Part shown: piece after piece, positions 8,821 to 20,800 of the stretch | Position numbering within the stretch: position 1 is the first letter of the stretch | Layout of the letters: the number at the start of each line of letters is the position of its first letter | Virus record (IMG/VR): IMGVR_UViG_2846430886_000002 | Location: 4,988-68,987 of that record | Length of the DNA: 64,000 nt | DNA from: a virus | Direction: 5' to 3' (one strand) | Notes under the pieces: generated by a model | Told to the model about the DNA's origin: nothing | Database searches by the model: none | The model's input: the letters and a program-made list of their open reading frames with translations, nothing else | Position numbers and translations under genes: made by a program

Positions 8821-11800
8821 ATGCTGTCTCTCAAACTTGCCGATGCCTGGAAGGATTTTACGCCTCCGTCTTCCCCGGATGTTTCCGGGAAAAAGGAGGG
8901 AGGGAACACTGTACAGGATTCAGAGGAGTTCGCTGCACCGGATACGGATTCCAAAACGGTTTTTGAAGCGGCTCCTTCTCCTACTACGGGCTCTTCTCTG
9001 TATGCCGCCAATCCGGAGGATTTCAAGGGGATGGAAGTACAGAAGGGTTCTTTGGTTTCCGAATTTCCGGGACAGGCGGCCACGCCTCTTTCTCCTGCGT
9101 GGCCCCGGTCTATTTTTGACCGTCCCCTGACTCCCTCCCTCATCCCTTCCTCCACGCAGCCCGTCCCAGTCTGGCAGCCTGATCCGCAGCGGGTCGACGA
9201 ACTGCACGCCCTGATTTTGCATGGGAAGAATGATCCGGAGCTGGATGTTCTGCTGGAACGCAACCCGGCCTACCGCGCCCAGGCGGCGCTGGATGACGGG
9301 TCCGTCCCTGCCCGTGCATTGCTGGGGCAGCAGATTCTCCGGGAGGTGGCAGGGGAAAAGTATGAGAAGGAGCCGGGGTTTTATTTTCTGGCTTTGAAAG
9401 AAAAATTGCCGGAGGCCGCTACCCGGCAGGAGGCGTATGCCGCCGTGTATGATCATTACTCAAAGGCAGTAGAAAAGCAGTATGAGGAGAACAAGGCCAG
9501 AAAGGCCGCTTACCAGAAAAACCGGGTGCAGGTGGATGAGGCGGTGGCTCATGTGGTGGGCGGATTGTGGTCTCCTGCCGAGCTGGGAGTGAGGCTGACG
9601 CCGGAGCAGACGGATGTTTACCTCAAGGAGTTTGACACGGGGGCTGTGGAGAAGGCGCACGCGGCTTTTTCTCTCCTGAAGGATGTTTTTTCCGGAACGC
9701 CGGAAGAGGGGCTGCGCCGGATGGTCTCGGAGCGGACGGCCATGAAGATTACTTCCGCTCTTTCGGATGATGATGGCAAGGGAAAGCTGACGATCAATGA
9801 AACCGCGTTTAACCTTTTTGAAGGGTCGTTGCGCAAGCTCATGGGGTCTGTGAAGGAGCAGTCCGGCGACGAGTGGAAGTTCCTGCATAATGTGGAGCTT
9901 GCGTTGTTTAATCCCGTTTCCAAAAAGAATGCCACTCTGGGAACGCTGCTCCAGATCAACAGTCAACAAAATCGTCTTGTGCCTTTCGCCTATGAGCACA
10001 ATGACAAGGTTCTGGAAAAACTGGAGGAGACGGTCAGGGAGTATCGGACGTATATCAAAAACGACAGGGAGAATGCCCGTGTGCTGGGTCTGCTCTCTAC
10101 CGGGCAGGATATGGGCAACCAGTCCAATGACCGGGCTTCCTTTGCCGCAAAAACGGTCAACTGCCTGGGGAGTGTCTGCGGGCAAACGGCTCCTTTCTTT
10201 GTCCCGTATGCGGGCTGGGGCGTGGCTCTGGCCGGTGCGTATGATGACAAGAGGAACCGGGCGTATTATGAGGGGCTGGAGCCGGGTACGGCGGAGTGGT
10301 CCGCCTTTGTGGACGCGGCGGCGTCTGTGGCTGTGGAAAAGATTTCCTACGGGGCACTGGGGCGGCTTTCCGGGGCGGGCTGGGTGATGGGCAAGCTGCC
10401 TTTCATGAATAAAACCCGGAAGGCGCTTACGGATTCCCTGTGGAAGCATGTTCTTTTTGAGGCGGGGGCCGGGATTGTGGAGGAAACGTTTGTGGAGCCT
10501 ACGGCGGAGGCCATTATCCAGTGGGCGGTGCGCAGCAATATCGCCCCGCTGGCGGGGGTGAATGTGGGTGGAAGTTACGACTGGAGCAATTACTGGAATG
10601 AGCTCAAGGGGATGATGGAGCCGGATCAGTTGCTGGCGACGGCTCTTTTTGTGGGGGGACTGGCCGGAGGAACGGCTGGGGCAAACTCTCTGATCATGCA
10701 GCGGTCTCTGGTGGTGAACTCCCGCAGTCCGGAGATGCTGCGGATGCAGGGGATTCCGGAGGATGAGGCGAAGCGTATTTCTCTGATAACGGATAACGGG
10801 GAACGTGTGGCTGCTGTGCGGGAGGCTGTCAGTAAATTGAAGGCCTTGCCTCCCGAAGAGGTAGAGAAGAATGCTGGTGAGGGGGTGAAGGCGTTCCGCT
10901 CTCTGGCGGAAGTGCGGGCGACGGTGGAGTCGGAGGCGTATAAGTTTTTCCAGCAGGAGATGAGGCTGCCGCTGGTGGAGGAGAAGCTGGACAAGCCGGG
11001 GATGTACAATGTCACCGTTTTTGATGTGGATTCCGGGCAGAAGAAGTTCACGCAGGAGATGGCGGAGAGTCAGCTTGGTTCGCTTTTCGGGAATTATTTC
11101 AATGAGGATAAGCGAGTCCAAATCACAGAGGCCCAGTCAGCTTTTGCCGCTAATGCCTTTTTGAGGGAGGCGGAAAAGAAGAAAGTTGTCCAGTCGCAGG
11201 ATATGCTTCAGATGGGAAAGACTACGGGAGAGGGACAAAGGACGGGAGAGGGACAAAGGACGGAAGAGGATAAGGGTACGGAAGGGAATGGAAAGGTGGA
11301 AGAACACCCTGCGGGGGAAGCGGAAAACGATTTTTCCCCTGAATCGGATAGTTCCGGTTCTCCGGTTCCGGCCATTCCGGCAACGGTGACGCGGGAGGGT
11401 GAGGATTCTTCTGCTCCTTTGGAGGATGATTCCGCCGTCTCGATGGATGGTTCCGCTGCAACGGAGAATTTGTCTGTGCTGGGGAAGTTTATCCGGACGG
11501 TGGGTGGTTTGAGCCAGACGGGATTTTCCTATCTTACCCGTGTTGCTCTGGATGAATGGAACCGTCGTCTGGATTCCGGGATGTCCGGGGAGCAGGCTTA
11601 CGCCGCACCCTTTGCTCCGCTCTCTCCGTATGCGCCCCTTGGTTCTATGCTGGGGCTGGAAAAGGCTTTCAAGGAGCGTCTTAAAATCGCGGCAAGAACG
11701 ACGGGTGAGGAAGGGGCCAAACAGACCGGCCTGTTTCAGATGGGGACGGCACCCGGCACTACTCCGGCTGATATTCTCTTTTTAGTCAGTAAAGGTTTGG

Positions 11801-14800
11801 TGGGGACGCGTGAAATGCTGGAAGATTTGTTTGAGGTGGGGATCAGGAATTTGGTCAAGGGTGACAGGGCGCGGCTGGAGGCTATGGGGGAACTGCTGCG
11901 GGAAACGCAGGCTGGATTGCAGAAACTGGGTTTTCAGGGGCAGTTTATCAGTCCGACCGGGCCTTTGGATGAGATGAAGGTGGTGGAAGGCATGTCCAAG
12001 CTGGCCCTGTCCGATACGTTGGCAAATGCGGAGTCTCTGCCTCTGCCCCAGTGGCAGAAGGACTTGCTTCAGTATCATGTCTCTTACCTGAAAGATGCAA
12101 ATTACCTGTTGAATCTGGGGAAAGCCTGGAATCTGGGACGGGAGAAAGGCACGATTACGCAGGGCATGGAAGATATTCTGCGTGATCTGGGCCACAGGGT
12201 CCACACGATATATGACCAGGCAAGGATTGAGCAGCAGGACATCCAGGCGGTAATGGAGGCACGCGCCATTGTCTTTGGCAAGGGTGGTTCCAGTGGTTTT
12301 GCCGGGGGGCCTACCACCTCCCAAATCAGGGAACGGCAGCAAAGGGACGAAGAGGAAGAGAAAGCGCATGTTACTACGGGGGACAGGAGCAAGGAGAGAA
12401 CTGTACCGAAGGAGGCCTTGCAACATCCGGAAACAGTCGCCCTGCCGGAGGCTCCGGATTCCATGCAGGGAGTTTTTGTCAATGGTGCTTCTTACAACCC
12501 GGAGGCCGGGACGTGGATCGGGATGGTGCCGGTGGACAGGCTGCATCTTTCCCCGGATGTGCCGCAGGTGAAGGTGAACTCCGGCAAAAAAGGTGTGGTC
12601 AATCCGCTGGTGGGGGATTACCGGGCGGACGCTCCACCTGTTTATGTATGGAAACGCAGGAACGGAAAGCTGGAAGTGGTTTCTGGCCGTCACCGGCTGG
12701 ATCTGGCCCAGCGAACCGGGACGAAGGCGATGGCCGCGTATGTGTATGAGGAGGATGATATTCACAATACGCAGTGGGCGCGGCTGCTGGACTATGAACA
12801 GAATATGCAGGACGACCAGGCGGATGAGCTGACGGCGGCTATTTATGTGAGGGAAACGGGACTTACGGATGATGAACTGACCCGGCGCGGGCTGACGCGG
12901 GCGGGAACCAAGTCCCGGCGCGGACTGCTAATCGGGCGGGAGGCACGGGAAGATCTCTGGACGCGCTTCCGTAGTGGGGCTATCAAGGCGCAGGACGCGG
13001 AGGCCATCTGTCTGCTGACCCGGCACATTCAGGACAAGGGGCGCATTGACGCCATGCAGATGGCGGCGGCCAATGACCTGGCGGGGGGAAAGCCTCTGGA
13101 GTTTGTGGCGGCCAAAATACAGCTCATGGCTCATGCCTCGGCAGACGGGGGGATGGTCCAGGGGCTTATCAGCTTTGGAGAATCTTTTGAGCAGGATATG
13201 GAGAGGGCGGCGGAGTATGTGGCCCGCTCCATAGGCACGATCAATGAGCATATCAACGCGATCAAGGGGGTGCGCTCAATCAGCAGGAAGGGAAATGTCC
13301 TCTCCTCGGAAGGGATCACCGCAGGTCTCTCGGAAGACCCCGCCGAACGGCTCAAGGAACTGGAGCTGCTGAAAACGATGCATGAGAAGATTGGCCTGTA
13401 TGAAAATCTGCGTGTGCGTGCCCTGACCTGGGACGGCAAGACGCCGCCTGATCCCATCGGGGACCACCGGCTGGACATGCTGGCGGAGCGTGCCCGTGCG
13501 GAGGCGGATGCCGCCGCTCTGGAGGATGAGGAAAACCGCAAGGCTGCCGAAAAGCTGACTTCTGAATTGGGGTTTTCTCTTACGCTCTCCCGTGACCTCG
13601 AAACGGTCTTTCCCGACCTCTGGCGGCAGGCGGAAAAGGAACTTAACGTCAAGGGGCGGGTTAGTTTCTCGCTCAATGGTTCTCGTGTCTCCATTCACTC
13701 TTTTTCCGGGAAAAATTTCCGTGAAGCTTTGGAGAAAGGAGAAATGCTTTTTCCTGTAAACCGGGTTGCGGACTTTTCTTCCGGGTTGGTTCTTGCCGGG
13801 GAAATTGCCTGTGTTCTTCATCCGGAAAGTGTGGACGGTTCCGGCAAGAGGGTTTCTCTTTTTGATTTTTCCGGTTTCATTATTCCTTCTTCGCAGGAAG
13901 AATCTCTTCTTCCTGCATTGCTGGAACGGGGCGTCCCGGTGCGGGTGTATCATGTGACGGAAGAAGAAGCCGCTTTCCTGGGCGGTCCCCGGAACATGGA
14001 AAAGGATGACCTGCGGAAGAAAAAGGAGCTGAACCAGCGGCGCAACAATGTGATCCGCTCCTTCCTGGAAGAGAGGGACGTTTCCTTCTCCCTGTCTGCG
14101 GCGGAACGGAGGACTGCTGTCAGGGCCAGAAGAGAGGGGACATGGATGAAGGCTCCGGACGGGACGCCTACCGCCCTGACGGAACGGCAGTGGCTCCAGG
14201 TCCATTCCGAGGCTTTCAGGGAATGGTTCGGAGAATCAAAAATTGTCAACGATCACGGGGAGCCTGTCGTCGTGTATCACGGTACAGCCAGGGCGGACCG
14301 GGTGGGCACTGTTTTCCGGGGGGACCGTGCTACGTCCGGCCCCATGGCTTTTTTTACGGATCATGAAAACATTGCCTCCAACTACGCGCGGGACAAGGGG
14401 GATACCAGTATCGTCTATGAAGCGGAGGACTATTATGATTATCACCAGCAGTTCCGCCTCACTCTTCCCTCCGGGCAGGACATCCCGCTGGAACGGTACT
14501 GGTATTATCTTTCCCCGGCGGAACAACGGCGCATTTCCTCTCTTGCAGGCCAGATAAGGGAAGACTGGGATGGGGACAATTCCATCATTGTGGACCAGGC
14601 CATCAATGACGCTAACGGGGGATTCCCGTACCATCTTCAGGAGGCTCGCGGAAACGCGTTCCGCGCTCTTGTTTATCACTGGCTGGAAAGTGCCATTCTT
14701 TTAAATGAAGAGCACCGCTTTCTGGATGTACTGGAAAAGCTGGATTTGCCCTTGTCTCCTTACTACCGGAATCCGAATCATCAAGAACCAAAAGTCTACG

Positions 14801-17800
14801 CCTGTTACATGCGGATGGAGAATCCCTTCCGCACTCCCCGCATTACAAAGAAAATGATAGCGTCTCTCAAGGCAGCCTCCAAAAAGGCCGGTACTCCCAG
14901 GGAGAGCTGGCGGACGGATCTCTGGGATAAAAACAACATTTCTCCGGAGGATTGGATCGAGAGGCTGGAAGGAGATTACGAAAACAAGACAACTCATGCC
15001 TGGGCCTCAATCCCGGACTGGGTGACGGCGTGGCTCCGAAAAAAAGGTTACGATGGAATTATTGACCAAGGCGGGAAATTTCACTCGGAGGATCACACGG
15101 TCTGCATTCCCTTTGATTCCGTTCAGATCAAGTCCGCCACGGATAACAACGGGGATTTCAGCAACTTCAATCGGGATATTACTTTTTCTCTGTCCAACCT
15201 GGCTGCCGTTCATAGTTTGGCGGCGGAAAAGCTGGCGGCGGCGGAAAAGCTCGGAGGGCTACCGCTGCCCTCTCTGGCCGTCACTCGCTTGGACAAGCCC
15301 TATACGTGGGGTGATGATGATAATGTTTATCTTGTCGGTTCTCCGGCTCTGGCTGATCCGGCCCGTGGCGTGGAAATTTATGACCGGGATATGTGGAGCG
15401 GTCACTTTCCGGAGTTGCGCTGGAACAGGCGGGAGGAAGAGGAACGGGAGGAATTTTACCGGAGGGCGCAGGATGCGGCTCTCCGTTACTATGGAAGTAC
15501 GGATGTGTCCCCGCTCCGTTTCCTGAAAGACGCTCTGGACGGGGACCACCGGGGCGTGCTGGAAAGCAAGCTGCGCAACAATGATCTTTCTCTGGCTGTT
15601 TTTGCCGGGGAACGCGGCTATGCTCCCCGGCCCCTCATGCAAAAAATTCCTGGGCGTCTTGATACGGGGGACAGGATTTTCTACTCGGAAATCCGTAAAA
15701 TGCGTCAGGATAAACATGCCAGATTCCTGACCGTGAACCGGCAGGAGGAGTTCTGCGCAGCCATGGAGCGGGCCATTGAACGCTACCGCTCTCAATTTGT
15801 CCAGGATTCCCAGGGGGGAAAATTGAACGTTCCGCAGACCTTGATCAGAAAGGCCAATCTGAGCGAGATGGAAAAGGAACTGAAGGAAGCACGGGAAGAT
15901 TATTTCGAGACAATTTCCGTACAGGCTCTTATCGACGCTGATCAGTCCGGGAAAACCGTTCCGAACTGGGAGGCCAACTACAAGCGGTTTGAAAAGTATG
16001 CAGCCACTCACAAGAAGGCTTTTGACGCCTGGGTGAAGGACAAAATGGACCGGTGGCTTAATCCTGTGCCGCGCATTAAGGAGAATGGCTTCCCGGCCAC
16101 GCTGGAGAATATCACCCGGTATATGCTGGGAAGCAAGGGCAACGGCGCAGAATATAAGGGTAGTTTTTTCCCCACGGGGCTTCTCCGGGCCAAAAAGTCC
16201 CGGCGGTTCCATTCTCTGGATCAAATCAGGGAGAACCGGGATATATTGGTAACAAGTGATGAATATGAGGCCTCGCAGGAAGAAGCACAGGGGCTTATTC
16301 AGAAGTTCCAGGAGACCTTGTTCGAGATTGTGAATGATTTTTCCGCATACAACAAAGCGGTGGAAGCTCTTTCCTTGATTGAGGGGGAGCCTACGCCGTC
16401 AAAGGTCCTCTCCGCTCTTTCCCGTTTCTACCGGGGTTCCTCCTTCCGAAGCCGCATGGCAAGGAACAGCGGTAATCTGCTGGGGCTGGGGGCCGCCGCC
16501 CTGCACGCCATGAAGTCGGAATTGCGGGATTATTATGAGGCGGTGCCCCAGAGAGCTGTCCAGCTTCAGGAATTTTCCCATGCGGTGATGCCTGCCTCTC
16601 TGCGGAAAAACAAGCAGATCAGGGACATTCTCAAGCGCAACGGCATCCGGCCTCTTTATCATGACGGTACGCTGGAGGGGCGCACCCGCGCCATGGCTTC
16701 TCTTATCAATTCTTCCGCGTCTTTTTCCCTTACTCCGGGGAGGACTTCGGAGGCTTCTTCAGAGTCTTCCTGGCTCCGGTTCCCTACTGCGGATTTCATG
16801 GCATCCTTGTCGGAGGAAGAGCGGGCTATCTCGAAAAAGGCTCTTGCCTCCGGTACGTGGCTGAAGGCTCCCAACGGGGAGGCTTCCCTCCTTACGCCGC
16901 GCCAGTGGGTGCAGGTACGCACTGCGGCGTTCAAAAGCTGGTTCGGGGACTGGCTGGATGATCCAGGCCATGCGTCCCGCGTCGTGGATGAGAACGGGGA
17001 GCCGCGCGTCGTTTATCACGGGACAAGGGGTGACGGCTTTACCGTATTCGATAGAAAAAAAATCGGAGCCAACTGGGGCTTCGGCTATTATGGGAAAGGT
17101 TTTTATTTTACGGACAACAGGAGTGCCGCCTACCATTACGGACACAATGAAATAACCTGTTTCCTCAATATCCGAAATCCATATCTATCTCTGCGTTATA
17201 ATCACGAAGGAGAAAAGAGGTTTACAAGTAACCTTAAAAAAAAGAAGCATGACGGGGTTATAGGGGAAAACGCCCTGCGTGATGTGTACCACTGGCATGT
17301 AGCGGACGGATATGAGTATGTGGCTTTTAACGAGTCGCAGATCAAATCCGCCACGGAGAACGTCGGTACGTTTGATCCCGATTCTCCCGATATTACTTTT
17401 TCCGTGATCGGACTTCGGGCGGAAAAATGGAAACGGTATAAAAAGAAAGCTTTTACCGGAAGGGATGACGGTATGCTGCGGGCGGAGATTGACGCTTCCC
17501 AGGCAGTGCTCAAGGACCGTTCCGCGCCGTATCTGGAACCGTTGCGCCGGGAACTGGCTGATTTGCGTGAATCCCTTGCTGACGAAACGAAAAAAAGGAT
17601 TGTCCGATTCCTTGATCTCCACAGGAAATTTTACCAGGCAGAGAGAACTATTGAAGCGGAGGATCACCCGGATTTATGGAGGGAATATCTCTCTTTTGAT
17701 CGGGAGAGAGAGGAATGGAGCAGACTTTTGACAAATGTCTTTCTGCATACCGGTCTGTATCATACCCGCCCTAATGCTGCCGCCGTTCAAGCGCAAATGA

Positions 17801-20800
17801 TCTCTTCGTTGAGATTCATGCTGCGGGAAGACGAAGGTGAAATCCGGGCTCTGGCAAGCAGGGGCGCGGACAATACGGTCATGACGCTGGGCGAGTGGCT
17901 GGACTATCCGGAGTTGTTCGCGGCTTATCCGAAACTGCGTTCCATGCCTGTTATTTTCCGATACCTGGAGGAGGGGGTCCTTGGGCGGTTCTCTCCGGCT
18001 GAATGGACGGTTTACATTGACCGCAGTACGAGTGATCCGCAGAAAATCCGCTCTACCCTCCTGCACGAAATCCAGCACGCCATCCAGCAGATTGAGGGCT
18101 TTGCCAAAGGCGGCACGCCGGAGGCTGCCCGGCAGTTTTATGAGTTCATGCGAAGGGAAGCGAAGGAAGCCTATGAGCAGTCCGACCGGTTTGTAAGCTG
18201 GCTGAACGCGAGGGACGGCATGATTTCCATGCTGGAATACATGCTCTCCCTGGCGCGCAACCCGCATCGTGTGTTACGCTCTTCCTACCTGTATTCCTAC
18301 GATAATGTCCTGCGCAGGCTGGAAGGTGAGGAGCGTATTCTGGATATGGTGCGTTATGCGCTGGAGGACATGTCCGGGTTGCTGGAAAAGTTCTATGATG
18401 AGGACTGGAATCATGATGCCCGATTCGACCTTCCCTGGCCCGGCAATTATCACCTGAACACCCCCTCCGGTATTCAGGAATGTCTGGAGGCGGCCAGGGC
18501 AACGCCCAGCAGACGCCTCGCCTACCGCAGGACACCCAAGCCGGATTTAGGCGCTCTCTACCGGAACTTTCTCAAATATGAGAAGCTTTCCCGGCTTTCT
18601 TCCCATGAGCTTTACAGCCGTCTGGCCGGGGAGATTGAGGCCCGCAATGTCCAGTTCCGCCATGACTGGTCGGCAGATTTCCGTGAGGATGTCCCGTTTA
18701 ATGATTCGCTTGAATATCCCGGCGAGTCTCTGGTTTCCTTCTCCCTGTCTCTGACGGAAAACCGTCCATCAGAAGATTTCCTTTCTTCTCTTTCGGAGGA
18801 GGAACGCGTGCTGGCAGAAAGGTCATGGGAGGATGGAACCTGGCTGCTGGCCCCCAATGGGGAGGCCTCCCGCCTCACTTCCCGGCAGTGGCTGCAAGTG
18901 CGGACGGCGGCCTTTAAACGCTGGTTTGGCGACTGGGAGCATGACCCGCTGGAGGCGTCCCGCGTCGTGGACGACAACGGGGAGCCGCTGGTGGTGTATC
19001 ATGGTGCCCGTCATGCCGGGTTTACTGTCTTTGACAGCAGCGAGGGGGTGTCCCATTCGGAGGCTCCCCCGGAGACCGCCTTTTTTACGAATAGTTCTTC
19101 CGTTGCTCTTTCCTATTCCGGCACCAGGGAGGAGCCGGACTTGCTCGACCCGGCCTCTCTGGAGGGTGTCTATTCGCCGCCCGGCCTCTATCCCTGCTTC
19201 CTTAATATTCGTGAGCCCTGGGCGGAGGAATTTGACGGGGCTCTCTGGGACGGAACCGGCCAGCCTCTCTATGAGTTCTACGACAATGAGACGGAGGATT
19301 TTATTTTCACCCCCAATGGAGAAGAGTTCTGGAAGTCGGAGGAGGCCATTCGGGAATACGCGGAAGCCAACGGCTACACGGATTACGAAATCTGCAACAT
19401 GGAAGGCTGCCGCACGACTAACACGGTCGTGCAGAGGGCCATGGACATGTGTCTGGACGGTGCCATCATTTATGATGTCATCGACATGGGTAGCCGCTCC
19501 AGAGAGGAAGTAGCAAGTAATCTTTATATCGCCTTTCGTCCGGAGCAGATCAAGTCCGCTACCCAGAACCGAGGCACGTTCGATCCGCGCAACCCGGATA
19601 TTTCCTTCTCTCTGGCCGGGTCCCTGGCTGTCCAGCAGGCTACCGGAAACGGGGACGCGGACAAACCATCCATCCGCACATTCCAGACAGTCCAGAAGAA
19701 GTTTGACGGATGGAAGAAGGGAGCCGTCAACATCGACCAGGGAAGCGGCAGGCGCAATGAGTTCACACGGGCTTTGGAACAGGAAGGGATAGTCAGTTAT
19801 GCGTATGATCCCTTCAAACGTCATGCCGCCCATGAGGCCCCGGTTCTGCGGGAGTTGCGGAGGGGGGCGCTCCAGGGGGATACTGTCACCTGCAATGATG
19901 TTCTCAATCTGATCCCGGACAAAACGGCCCGGTGCAATGTCATTCACCAGGCGGCCCGGTCGCTGAAGCCGGACGGCACCGCCTTTTTCAGCATTTACGA
20001 AGGGGATGGCAGCGGTCGGGGCCGCATCGTCAAAACGCTTTCCGGGGTGGGCGCCTGCTGGCAGGAAAACCGTAAGGCGGAGGATTTTTTGAGAGAAATC
20101 CGTCCTTTCTTTGAAGATGTAAAATTGAGGGACGGCCTGATTGTCGCCCGTTCTCCCCGCCGCACGTCCCCTCCCGCTCCCTGGCGTCAGGGGCGGGAAA
20201 TGGAAGTTCTTCCCCAAGTCAAGGTGGCTGCCCTTCAGAAGGAGGGCTATTTCCCGCAGGGCGTCCTCAAGACGGCAAATGCCGTCCTCACGGAACCCGG
20301 AGAGGATTTTCCCCCTCTGGCAGAACAGGATACTTCCTTTTCTCTCACGGCGGAACATGCCAGTCCGAGTTCTTTCCGGAAGTTCAAGGATGAAGGTAAG
20401 GAAGAGGAAAAAAGGGTTCTTATATACGGATGGGGGCTTTATTTTACGGAAGATCCTCTAAAATCCAGGGCTTATGAAAAAGATTTCCGCAGCTCGGACG
20501 ATGCGAAGGAAACTTTCTATCTCATTGACGGGGAAAGGAGTTCTTCTTCCGCATTCTCTCCTGACGAACAGGACATTCTGGATGAAATTTTTACCAACGG
20601 CTGGGATAATATCAACTCCTATGTGGAACGAAACCGGGACGTAATGGATCTTTACGGCGTTTACCGCGCCGCTTTAGACAAATACAGGGGAAAAACGGTA
20701 GAGCGGGTATGGGAAAGTCTTCCTTCTTCCACCGTGTCTTCCTACCGGGTGGAGCTCAATGTGGAGGAAGCGGAACTGCTGACCTGGGAGGATGATGTTC

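Noticed and set aside
11224..11262. 18-bp duplication (TGEGQR x2) and surrounding low-complexity linker as a second nested gene
   Set aside because: The alternate frames are Arg-rich and not protein-like, and no promoter-like element is present.
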